A program made the translations under genes and the position numbers. Below, piece by piece: positions 1-11,943 of a DNA stretch of 64,000 bases. The DNA lies in the NCBI GenBank assembly GCA_973895155.1, contig OZ316893.1, positions 17,614,770-17,678,769 on the forward strand. The letters are read 5' to 3'. This DNA comes from Marsupella aquatica (Eukaryota > Plantae > Marchantiophyta). Numbering within the stretch: the first letter of the stretch is position 1; each line of letters opens with the position of its first letter. The notes beneath the pieces are model-generated. The model was not told the origin of the DNA and made no database searches. It worked only from the letters and a program-made list of their open reading frames with translations.

Positions 1-1167
1 AAAGTGCTGCTGCTGTAGGTCTTCAGCGCGAAGTCGGGGACTTCAAGAGTAAACTTTCAAGGCATTGCCTTGTTGAATCTAGCATCTCAGAATTCTACGA
101 CTCAACATTTAACAAAGGGGAGAAGCCTTACTGGTGAATGGTGTAGAGAAATGGGGAAAGGATCTCATGAATTCTGGCTTTGGAGAGAAGGGCATTGTGC
201 GTGGTGGAAAGGAGAGATCGTTTGGAGTCCACGCGGGTTTTATCTACCTTCTGACAGGACTTAAACCATCTCTGCTAGACAGAAAAGTTCCGAAATGGAA
301 TGTCCTTGACCACACTTTGGCCACCTCTTTCTTTCGTGGAATGGATCCATTTTTATCTGATGACGGAATGCTGGCCATTTTACATAACGGGGAGTACAAT
401 CCGATGTCTCAGGTTACATCGGCTTGTCAGGATTCGAAGAAGTTTCATTGCATCTCGTTACACAATGTTGTCATGTCAGTTCCAATGTACGCGCCAAAGA
501 CTGACCGACAGGTAAATTTCTCATCGTGACATCTGGTTTGCGGTTCAAAGAATGTTTATGAATGTGTCCATTGACATACCTTTCTTGGGTTATATTACAG
601 ATCTTCACGCTCAGGCTGGACGTCTTCTGTTGAGTGTCTGAAAAAGGGAAGGTGCCAAAAGACTCGAGGTTTAGACCTCTGTCAGTCACGGAAGATCCCT
701 CCATAACAAATTTAATTGGACTTCCCTCTCTCAAAGTCGATCCAACACCTGAGATGGAATTTTCTGGAAATGCCCGCTTGTCGGTTGGATTCATGCAATC
801 TATGATTGAGCTCATCACTCATCCTAGGGATATTTTCATGGATTGGACAGTGGGGTCGGGTAGCGCTTTTGTAGCTGGAGACTATTCTGGGAGGTTTGTA
901 ATTGGAGTGGAGAATAGGAAAGATTTTGTTGAAACTGATTCCAAGGTGTTCTTAGATCTACTTTCTCCAAAGGAAGTCGAAACTTTGCCACCCCCAATTC
1001 AACCACCCGAAAAGAAAAGGAGAGACAAGCTCCATTCTGTACTTAATTTTGACTCTGACGATGAGTCAAGTGGTGGTACAGCAGACGAAGATGAGGATGG
1101 CACACCTAAGGGGAAGGGTCAGGAACAATCCGCTGGCCAGAGTGACAGCGATGACTCTTCTGAGTAA
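1..1167 (+). pseudogene. 3' part of a spliced gene encoding a beta-class (N4C/N6A) DNA methyltransferase-fold protein (copy 1; 5' end outside window)
   Basis: Translation includes QSMIELITHPRDIFMDWTVGSGSAFVAGDYSGRFVIGVENRKDFVE, resembling MTase motifs X-I-II (LI...T.PGD.VLDPF.GSG...A....GR..IG.E). GT-AG intron 512-600. Collinear homolog at 44816-45063/60704-61692 (-). Premature TGA at 631 and a frame break near 134. Confidence 0.7.
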
Positions 1168-1594
1168 TGTTCTGAAACTCGTAAGCTTCTTTCTCCTTTC
1201 CAGTTCCTTCATGCTTTTGTGCTATCCATTCATACAATTGGTTGACGAACTTCTGTTCTGAGCACCTAGGTCCGAATGGAATACGAGAAGACGCTTCAAA
1301 CTCAGAAGAAAAGTAGCTCGTTTTGAAATTGTCACTCCGGAGAAACCATTTGTTTTTACCCTCTTATGCTAAGAACGCTGCAAGAATGGAAGATAATCAG
1401 AGGACTCTTTGTTAGGACAACAAAGGTCTCCGGCTACGAAGAGGAGTTGATAGAAAATTTGTCTGAAATCCTTATGTGGACAACGTTTGTAGGAGCAAGT
1501 ATGTAGATGACAAGGTGGTCTCGATCGAGAGGTCACAGAGCTCCGAATTGGAATCATTCGATTCTTGAAGCGTTTTTGCAGCTTAGATTTTACC

Positions 1595-3190
1595 AGCGCC
1601 GGGCGCTGTTATCATGATACATGTATTTATTATCCCAGATATGATTTGTTTACATTACATTGATAATAAAATGTATTAAATTCCTCATTTCCCTTACTGG
1701 CGCTCCCCAAACGTCTATTTTTCTAATTGTGAATTTTGAATCCTCCGTCCGTTCCTTGGCCCCGCATATTTTGTTGTTACCGGAAACATTCGTCTCTTTC
1801 TCAACGGTCCTTTTTGCGTTGAACCTTGCTATGATACGTTTTTGCTGATCTCCGAACCTAAACTCTCCATTAGGTCACTCTTGCAAGTTATTTTAGGCAC
1901 ATCCTCTCTCGAAGTCGGGTCATTTCAACAACACCGATCTTGTCATTAGCCTCAATTGCGTTTAACAGTGCCCACTAGATGGAGAAGAAGGAGATCATGT
2001 CTTTGGAGGAGATGCTTGCCTTCTTCGCTCCTTCCAAAGTTTGACCGGATGAGAGTCACTTTAGCTCCTTCGAGTCCATTCATGGTGACACTTCCATCGA
2101 GACCTCGACCTTTCGGAATCGTTTTGCGCTTCCTTATGATGAGGCAATTAGTCCTAGGGAGAGGAACTTACCTTGGACTGACGACCGGGACACTCCGCTC
2201 GCAGTTGCTGATTGGTTTTCGTTTCATTCTGTCATTCCTGCTGATGGTATTCAGCCTATTGAGCGGCAAGTACAAGAGCGATTGGGACGTGTTGACTTCC
2301 TTGATACAAATGTTCCAGACCCCAGGAATCAGAATGCGGAGTTTCGGTGCCCCTCGTCTTCTTATGTGCGGCTCAGGGGTCTAGGTTTCAAGCAAAACCA
2401 CAGACGGGCCAGGGCGGGCATCGACAACAACTGCCAATCGCAGAGCTAAAGTTGTTCACGACGGAGGTGGTTTGAGTGAGACAAGCTTCAGTGGCCATAG
2501 GCTTGCCATTTAAGCTAGCGCCAAGCGCTGCTTTTGTTCGTCTTGGACCGTGGGATTTCTTCTATGGTTGATTCAAAGTTCATGTATTTCCGACTACATC
2601 TTTAGGCCCATTTTGGATGAGCGGGCCTGTTATGTGCGGCTCAGGTCAAGAAAAAGCACCTACGGGCCAGGGCGGGCTTTGACGACTACTGGAAATCGCA
2701 AGGATTATGGTGCTCGGGCCGGGGGTGCTTTCAGTGACAGAAGGTCCAGTTTTAGTGTGTTTGTGACGATTTACATTTAAGAGAGCTAGATTTAAGCTAG
2801 CGCCGAGCGCTACTTATGTTCATGTTATGCGTGGGCTGATTTGAAGATGATCTGTGGATGGTGTAATACCGATTATATGTTTTGACCAATTTTGGAAGTA
2901 AGGAATGCAGTTTTGGATCGGCTCTCTTGTTCTTTCATGGTCATTCATTGATTCCTAGATTTGAGATAGCGCCGAGCGCTGCTTATGTTCATTGTGTTCC
3001 TAGATTTGAGCTAGCATACTAGCGATGGGCGCTGCTAATATTTGCAAATTTTGGCAACGCCTTTTTCTAATGGCCGTTAAGTTTCCTGTTCTCTTCTCGA
3101 TTGAGGTTACGTAGAATCTCCATCTTTTTCATTATTTTAGGAATACCTAAATTTTGGCCCTTCCCTACCGGCATACTAGCATTGGGCGCT
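1595..3190. repeat. Cluster of AGCGC-N3-GCGCT palindromes within degenerate ~270 bp tandem units
   Basis: Exact copies at 1595, 2517, 2799 and 2968; degenerate copies at 3021 and 3178. Direct repeat TATGTGCGGCTCAGG...ACGGGCCAGGGCGGG at ~2363 and ~2631. Confidence 0.8.
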
Positions 3191-3426
3191 GGTAATCTTC
3201 GGTTTTTGGCAACACCTTTGTTCTAATGGCCCCTACTTTCCTTCACAATTGGATGGTGGTATTGAAAATGACTGAAAATGGGTTTATTGATGGTGTTTTT
3301 TTTAACTTCTTGACCAAATAATGGAGCTCAATCACATGTTGTTTTTTCCATTTCTCCTGGTAACAGTAATTGTTTGCTGTTATTGTTTCTTGGTTCCTGT
3401 CGTTTGTAAATACCCCCATCATTTCA

Positions 3427-4620
3427 TGGATCCAGATAATGTTCTCACTGCTGAGGATATTGTTTCAGGGATGGGAAGGGTTAGTTTTTTGTTCTTTGAA
3501 GATTATCAATTTCACCTTTCTACAACCACGCATGTTGTTTATGTCATGTCTCTATCTTTACCGGAAGATGACTTGCGGCAGGAGATCGAGATCGTTCCGG
3601 ACATTGCTTTCCCAGATCCAGTTGACAAGGAAAGGATTAAACGTTGGGTTGCGATCCATCCTGTAGTGAAAGCCTTCAATTTGAATCAGAAAAGGCACGG
3701 ACATCATGGAGGTGGCCCAAATCTCAAGGCAAGCAAAGTTGTACAGGAACCTGGATTGTCGTCAAGTTCAAATTCAGGATCATCAGGTTCACAGGGTACA
3801 TCAGAACCAAGCATTGTTCCCACTGACTCTTTGAGTCCTAAGTTGGTTGGAACAGAGGAGATCTTTGAAGATGAGGATCTCCAAGCCGTGGATGAAGAAC
3901 TTGCAAAGGTGGGAGGTTCAGAGGCTGAAGATGGAAAGGACTCTGAAACTAAGATGGAGGTGCATTCGCACAAGGAAAAGAAAAGAAAGCGAAATGAAGA
4001 AGACGCTCCTCCTTCCCACAAGAAAAGATTGTCTTCAAAGATTGCTCTAAATAAAATTGTGGGTTCTAAGAAGGTTGAGAAAGTGAAAGTCCCTCAGGCA
4101 AAAATCCGCAATAGCTCTATTGAGGTGAAAGGGCCACAGATTGCAAAGTTCAAACAACCACAAAAGAAGATTAAAGCGGCCAAAATGCCAGAATAGAAGA
4201 AGGCTGTCAGGAAGAAGGTTCAAAAGAAGCAGGCAGTTGTCGAAGAGATAGCAAAACCCGTATCAAAGGGTGTCGTGAAGAAGGAATTATCTAGGAAGGC
4301 CTCCATTGCAAAGCCTTCCTCTGTCGTGAAACAGAAGGTGCCCTCAAAATCTGCACCAAATCCAACTTCTCAAAAGGTGAATACTCAAGTGCAAGATGTA
4401 TCCACAGACATTGGGGTTACAAGATCAGAGAAGTCCAAGCGTGGAAGAGATCGCAAAAGAGAGACTGAGGGAAAGGAAGAGGCTTCGGAAACCTGTGTCC
4501 CAATCCCAAAGAAACAACGTAAGAAAGTGGAGATGATTGAGATTGATGTCATGGATGACATGGTTGACATGAATGTTGACTCGAGTTCTAAAGTAATCAC
4601 TGATCGAGCTCGACTGGGGT
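3427..4620 (+). pseudogene. Lys/Glu/Ser-rich low-complexity N-terminal exons, probably of the ParB/MTase-like/Ulp1 gene continuing at 12262
   Basis: ORFs 3321-4196 and 4275-4649 are in the same frame, separated by one TAG. NLS-like KEKKRKR and PKKQRKK. Probable short intron starting at GTTAGT ~3480. Confidence 0.45.
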
Positions 4621-4681
4621 ACACAACATCATCAATTATCAGTGGTTGATAACTGATATTAGTTATCTAAAAAATTTCAGA

Positions 4682-4935
4682 ATCTCAGCTGAGGAGTTGA
4701 GATGGGGCCATTGAACTTCCGCGCATCTCAACTAGGCAGCCGAGGTTGACTCAATCTTGACTAACCTCGCCGAGATGGGCGTACAGACCAGAAAAAGAAA
4801 AAGAAAAATTCCAGAAAAAAAAAATTCGAGAATTTTTTCCCCATCTCGGCTGGCCTCACCGAGATGGGGCGTACAGACCAAATTTTTTGGGAATTTTTTC
4901 CTCATCTCGGCTGGGCTTGCCAAGATAGGTGTCCG
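4682..4935. repeat. Array of ATCTCGG..CCGAGAT hairpin repeats, continuing at 12140-12245 on the far side of the copia insertion
   Basis: CCATCTCGGctggcctcaCCGAGATGG (~4841-4868), CATCTCGGctgggcttgCCAAGATAG (~4903-4928), and repeated GAGATGGG(G)CGTACAGACCA. Confidence 0.65.
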
Positions 4936-5006
4936 TACGGTACAGACACCTCATGGCAAAAATGTTTTCCTTCAAATTTTGAAGAAAAATTCAAGAATTT
5001 TTCTTC

Positions 5007-5202
5007 TGTTATGACATGTAGATTACACTATAAGAGACCAATACATTAGACCCTAATGTAATACCTAGAGATTGAGGTAACTAATGTAATACCTAGAGAT
5101 TGAGGTAGTTACCTATTCTAACCACCTCCCAATGTAACACATAAAGGTATTCATTCACAATAGAAGAGACATTCATGTTGGAGCACCCTTTGAAGTAAAA
5201 CA
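5007..5202 (+). repeat. 5' LTR of copia element (196 bp, with 28-bp internal tandem duplication)
   Basis: TGTTATGACATG...GTAAAACA, near-identical to 11944-12111. CTAATGTAATACCTAGAGATTGAGGTA occurs twice. Confidence 0.93.
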
Positions 5203-5563
5203 CGTTATCAGCACGAGCCGATGAGGACATGAATTTTTTTTAGGAGAAAAGTTTTGAGATTCTATTTTTGACATTGGAAGGATCGAATTCAAGTAGGCTT
5301 GGACGATTATAAGGCTGAATCACATATTTGCAATCGAAAGATTTCTGAGGGATTTCTTCAAAAAGGAACAAGCAGTTACGTGAATCGAAAGGAGTCACAA
5401 TACCAGGGACATCGGTTTTTAATCAGATTCGAGCCTTAAAAAGGAGAGCAGAGAGACAAAGGCAAGAGATTTCGATCATCATTCCAGACACATAAAAGAA
5501 GACAGGTGATCCAAATCAACTATGATACAATAATACTTCAAATTACGCAAACGAGAATCAATA

Positions 5564-8500
5564 ATGAACTCAATGGAGAAATTACACTTCCAGGCACTCT
5601 CAATAGATGGCCTTAATTATCTATCATGGTCATTGGACGTCGAGGCACACCTCGCATCCAAAAATCTACAGGACACAATATTAACTGATGTTGGCTCTAC
5701 TCTCCAACAAAAGGCCCTGGCTCTGATTCTGATACAACATCATTAGCAGAGCCACTTAAAATCCAATACTTGAATCATTATAATCCCCGTATTCTATGGG
5801 AAGAGCTGCAACTCAGATTTGACCATATGCGTACGATCTCACTCCCAACAACCCGCCATGACTGGATAAATCTACGAGTCCAAGATCACACCACAATTTC
5901 AAGTTATAATAGCGAATTGTTTCGAATGACTTCACAATTGGCTATTTGCGACAGCCCGGTAGATGATGCTGAACAAATCAAAAAGATGTTGTCTACTTTT
6001 CATGTTACAAATTTGGTACTTTCATCACAGTACCGCAACATGAACTTTACAAGATATTCACAACTAATTTCCCACATGCTACTTGCAGAAAAGCACCAAA
6101 TTCTATTGATGCAGAATGCAAAGATAAGGCCACCGGGGACCGTGCCCCTACCACCAAAGATAGAGACTCACTTCGCTGAGCCATCAAATAGATATAGGGG
6201 GCGCGGCCGAAAGAGCTTCAGGGGGAGCCGAGGGCGACCATATGGACGGGGTCGCTACCAAGGCCGTGGAGGAGGCCGCACTGGATTGGATGAATCACCC
6301 CAAACCCGTTGGAATAGAAATGGTTTTCGAGGAAGAAGCCCTGGCAGAGGATTCCAGCAACAAGGGAGAGATAAGTTTCCTCCACTATTTTGTTTTTGCT
6401 GTGGTACAAAAGGCCATATTCAAAAAGCATGTAGAGGAGTAGCGCATCTGGTTAAACTCTATAAAGAAACACAAGGGAATTATATGGAAATACCCGAAAG
6501 TATAAATACTTATATAGCAGACACTGAAATGCCTGAAGCTCATACAACTAACTATGCATCTGAGATTTCACAACTCTCAGACCCCTCCAGATGCATTGTC
6601 GATAGTGGAACTTCTCATTTGATCCTACGTACAAGAGAATTTTTTCAGCATATATCCCAGTCCAAAAGAGAGATAACAACTATCACAAGCCAGAACCAGA
6701 TCGAGGAGGGCAATGGCCCTGCAACTGTCCGATTTCCAATGGAGACAATTATACATATACACGTACTCAGCCATTTATGCACCCAAGGCCACACGAAATT
6801 TGATAAGTTTCAATTAATTCGTGGACCCCCATGTTCATCCAAGTAATGTGTGTTTGATGAAGTGAAATCAATTTTCAACAAGACGGTAATCGACGGTTTT
6901 GAGTCTCCCGATGGTCTTGGTGTGTGCTCGTACAAAAGAAAAAGCTCAAAAGATAGAGGAGATTTATCAACGGAAGGTTGAATATGGAGGAATTGAATTT
7001 TTGGACGATTTTTGCTTACACATTGCAAAAATCGTGTTTCTATCATTCATGATTGATTGTTTGTGAGTTACATTAAGCATTACCGCCACAAGATAGACTA
7101 GACGACAACACTTAGCTATTGGCAAAAGAGCTCTTGTCGATTCGGTGGGAAGAACACACAAAACAAACAAGTCATTGCTTCACATGAAGGATTCGTAGTT
7201 TTTTTATTTAAGAAAACTATGGTGTGAGGGGGAGACCAACGATTGTTTATTTGACATAAAAGTTGCATTTGGCATCAACTTGTGTTTAAAGTGAGCTTCA
7301 GTTGAAGACTAGAGGAATGCAAACAATTCAACCCGGGAAGCAAGCATTGTGGACAAGGGATGGCGACGTAATCAAAGAAATTAATTTTTAACGGTTAAGT
7401 TTGTGATGGTGATGAGATTGTGATATTTCTTAATCGAGAAAGGGTTTCCAATGAGCCTCAGATTGACAAATTTTGTCAAGTTCCAAAATTAATGAGTTTT
7501 TGAATTTCTTTGCCTTTCCAATGAGTGTGAATATAAGAAATTTTGATCATGAGTCCATGAATTCTTTTAGCTTTCCAACATTGAGTTTGACATTGACAAA
7601 TTTTACGTCAGATTTTGTCACGATACTAAAAAGATCATGAGGTTTTCAATCTCTCTAGCTTTCTAATGTGTGACATTGAGATTATTCGTCAAGAATTAGA
7701 GAGATCATGAGTATCTGAGTTTCTCTAGCTTTCCAATGAACCTAACATTGATAGATTTTGTCAAGTACTAAGGAGATGATGAGTTTTTAATTTTACTTTA
7801 GTTTTCCAATGAGTGTGACATTGAAAGATTTTATCAAGACAATACTACAAAGGTCACGAGTTTCTAAATCTTGATCTTTATTTTTTAAATGAATCAAACA
7901 TTGACAGATTTTATCAAGTATTAATGAGATTGATTATTTAGTTTTACAATGTGAAACCAAAGGGGTTTTAACTATGTACATTTCTATTGGTTGGTTTTTT
8001 CAAGCTTGCAAACAATTAAAAAATACAAACATTTTGATATAAAACACTGATATATCTTTGACAAACATCAAAATGGTAACTTTATTTTACTAAATGACAT
8101 ATCTCCCTTTGTATTTTGGTTTTTTTTACGTTCAATATTTACGGCATGGCGCCCCCAAAATTACGTTGCTTTTGTCACAAACAAGAATGTACACGTTTGT
8201 TATTGTTAAAAGTAGGATCATTCTTGTTTGTGGCTGGTTGTGATGGTGTGGCACAACCTCGTGGCAGGGAATTTGCAAGAGACCTCTTATGGGGGTCCAT
8301 AAAGATATTCTGGCCAACAACCTACATATACATACGAATAGAACTGAAAAAGGAGATATCCTCCAAATATTAGAGAAAACGAGAATGGGAATGGAAGTCA
8401 GGGAGATCTTACTGATTTCCCCACAAGCTTATACATTACTAAGATCCGAGCCTTCCACACTGAGAAGACAGTACCCACATTAACAGAAATTTGGCACAAT

Positions 8501-11500
8501 AGGCTTGGGCATCCAGGAACAACAATGTATCATCAGATAATCAGAGACAACTGGAATTCCAACAGGAGTCCACCCATCCTCTATGAAACAAACAGGCCTA
8601 GCCTGTGCACAAGGAAAACTCATCATAAGACCTGTAGTATCCAAGACTTCACGGTCAATACCAAGATTCCTCGAGAGAATACACGCTGATGTTTGTGGAC
8701 CAATAGATCCACCGTCTGGCCCCTTTAGATTTTTTCTTGCCATTATTGATGCTTCATCAAAATGGACTCAAGTTTCATTGTTGTCAACTCGGAACTTGGT
8801 CTTTCCACGAATCCTATCCCACATTTTGAAGTTGAAATCGCAGTTTCCAGATCACCCAATTAAAACTTTAAGGGTAGACAATGCCGGGGAGTTCACCTCG
8901 AAGACTTTTGATGATTTCTGTGAGACAGCAGGCATCGATACAGAGTACCCGGTCCCCCATGTTCACTTTCAGAATGGCATAGCCGAGTCATTAATTAAAA
9001 GACTACAGCTGATAGCTAGGCCATTACTGATGCAAACTCAATTACCGATGACCGCCTGGGGACATCCAATACTGCATGCTGCTTCATTGCTCAAACACCG
9101 ACCGTCTGCATTCAATTCACAGACCCCATATCATTTGGCATTTGGACTTCCACCGAACATCTCACACCTACGTACCTTCGGATGTTTAGTCCTTGTACCA
9201 ATAATTGGCCCTAAACGAACAAAAATGGGACCATAGAGGCAAAGAGGGATATACATAGGCTACGACTCACCCTCGATAATACGTTTTCTTGAGCCATCAA
9301 CAACAGACGTGTTTAAGGCCAGATTTATTGACTGCAATTTTTTTGAGGAGTGTTTCCACGAATAACAACTCAAGAAAACTCAGAGACTGCAACAAAGTCA
9401 CATTTACAGTGGCAGCCTCCAAATCCATTTCAAAATGACCCACGGACCAAGCAAGCAGATGAAGAAGTAAGAAGGATAATTCACCTTCACCAGATGCTCG
9501 AAAAGTTACCAGATGCATTTAATGATGTAGTTGCAGTAACCCGTTCGCATATTGAGGCAGGAAATGTACCTGCCAGGATAGCTGCCCAAGATTGCTTAGC
9601 CTCAGAGGCTGCTCCCAGAACTAAGCGAGGTCGACCACCAGGTTCAAAAGACAACCAACCTCGACAAAGGAGAACACAAACAAGTACAAAGAATGCATCA
9701 ATACCTGTGGTACAAACTACCTTATCACCCACAACAACTGTTGAAAATGAGGAAATCACCATTAATTATATGCATACGGGCAGAATTCTAAATAGAACAA
9801 TACAGTAATCGATGATATTTTTGCATACAATTGCACAAGATATTACCAAAGATATGCCTGACCCACTAACAGTCCAAGAAGCACAATCAAGAAGTGATTG
9901 GCCTCAGTGGGAAATAGCAATTAACTCTGAATTAGATTCGCTTATTCAGAGGGAAGTATTCGGGCTGATCATCCCTGCACCACTCCACTCACAACTTACT
10001 GGATATAAGTTTATATTTACCAAGAAAAGAAATGCACAGGGAGAGGTCATCCGATATAAAGTTCGCCTAGTAGCAAAAGGCTACACTCAGATACCGGGGA
10101 GGGATTTCGACCTTACTTATTCCCCGGTGATGGACTCCATCACTTACAAATACATGATCTCATTCGCAAATCAGTTGATGCTTCACATCCTAGATGTGGT
10201 AACAGCCTATCTATATGGCATACTTGACACCACTATTTACATGAAAGCCCCTCTTGAGTTGATCACAAGAATGAACTTTCATGTTCAAGGGGAGAGAAAT
10301 GATATCATAAGAAATGCCCTGAGAAATGAAACCACACGAAACACTCCTACAGAGTATTTTCAAAAGCATGCAAAACCGAATGAACTTTCAGTTCTGAATA
10401 AAGATCAAATACAGAACACATCACAAATAAATCAGAGGCATACACGAACAGAGAAATCACGATCTGCTACACAGATGACGAGAAAAGAATATGCAGTGCA
10501 AGTTTTACGATCAATGTATGGCCTCAAGCAGAGTGGTCATACCTGGTATAAAAAGTTCCGGGCAGAGATGTTAGCACTTGACTTTGTCAATGATGACATT
10601 GCCCCGTGTCTATTTTAAAACAGAGAGGAACTGAATACATAATAGTTGCCATTTACGTAGACGACATTAATATTTTCGGAACTCCCAGCATAGCTAAAGA
10701 AACAATCGAAAACTTGAAGCATACATTTCAGATGAGGGATCTTGGTGCACCCAAATACTGCCTTGGCCTTCAATTTGATTATGTGCAGGGTGGAATACTA
10801 ATTAACCAGGCAACTTACACCAAGAAGATCTTAAAGCAGTTTAATATGGAGAATGCTCATCCAGTGAGCACTCCTATGGAGCTGAGAACACTCGATCCCA
10901 AGAGAGACACCTTCAAGAAAAGAACCGAAGCAGAACCAACACTAGGGAGCGAGAAGCCTTACCTCTCTGCAATTGGAGCGTTGATGTACTTAGCAAATCA
11001 GACGCGCCTTGACATTTTGTTTGCGGTTAACCTGCTTGCACGTCACAGTTCTCAACCAACGCTAAGACACTGGAATGGAATCAAGAGAGTATTTCGATAC
11101 TTACAGGGCATTGCCGATTTGGGATTGTTTTTCCCTTACAATGCGAAACTGGAACTCACAGGCTTTGCTGATGCTGGCTATCTTTCAGACCCCGATGATG
11201 CAAAATCGTAGACTGGATATGTGTTCCTTCAGGGCACCACCGCCATATCTTGGAGGAGCTCGAAACAGACCCTTACGACTACGTCTTCTAACCATGCAGA
11301 GATCATAGCATTATATGAGGCGAGTCACGAGTGCATGTGGCTTAGACAGCTAATCGATCACATAAGCAAACACACTGGCCGTCCACTCCTCAGCTCACCT
11401 ACGACGGTTTACGAAGACAATCGACCTTGTGTCGATCAAATCACTCAGGGCTTCATAAAAGGTGATCGAATTAAGCACATAGCTCCTAAATTTTTCTTCA

Positions 11501-11661
11501 CACACGAGCAGCATGGTGATAAGATTCAAGTTAAATGGATCCCGAGCATAGAGAACTGAGCAGATCTTTTTATGAAACCACTTCCGCCATCTTTACATAA
11601 AGAACATACAGCAGGAACCGGGATGCGTAGACTCTCAGTTTTACTACAAAGCGCAACTTAG
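5564..11661 (+). pseudogene. gag-pol: Copia gag-pol polyprotein with stops and frameshifts, interrupted at 6812-8300
   Basis: Gag zinc knuckle CFCCGTKGHIQKAC, protease CIVDSGTSH, integrase core (LRVDNAGEF...QNGIAES), RT (RLVAKGYTQ, YGLKQSG, YVDD), RNase H (GFADAGY). Confidence 0.92.
6812..8300 (-). mobile_element. Non-autonomous AT-rich insertion with asymmetric terminal inverted repeats (Helentron/Helitron2-like architecture)
   Basis: Removing it restores copia ...ATRNLISF|KDILANN. Inverted repeat TGGACCCCCAT (6822-6832) / ATGGGGGTCCA (8289-8299): one copy terminal, the other ~10 bp inside. Internal degenerate tandem repeats at ~7430-7950. No coding capacity. Confidence 0.7.
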
Positions 11662-11943
11662 TACATTTCAACAGCAAGCTCTAATACGACTACAAACATT
11701 CCGACTACATACGTTACACCTACCACTTCATTACATTTTAGAGTTATCATTTACATAAGACTCTAATTGATAGTATTTACACCATGATTACCCTACAACA
11801 TGTCAGCAGAGGCACTCTTTCCTTTGGAAGAAAGCGGAAAGGTTTTAAGGAGACCTTGCTAAACTCAGGGTTAATCTTACACTTCCATTTAGAATCTACA
11901 TAGATTGGTTATTTTATACTCCAATAAAATACCCAAAGGGGAG

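Noticed and set aside
1979-2384. Possible small gene (MEKKEIMSLEEMLAFF...) between the two ParB/MTase genes
   Set aside because: Has an internal stop and no recognisable motif; cannot be supported without homologs.
7430-7950. CRISPR-like periodic repeats
   Set aside because: Units are degenerate and the spacers resemble each other; no cas genes and a eukaryotic context. This is the internal array of the insertion.
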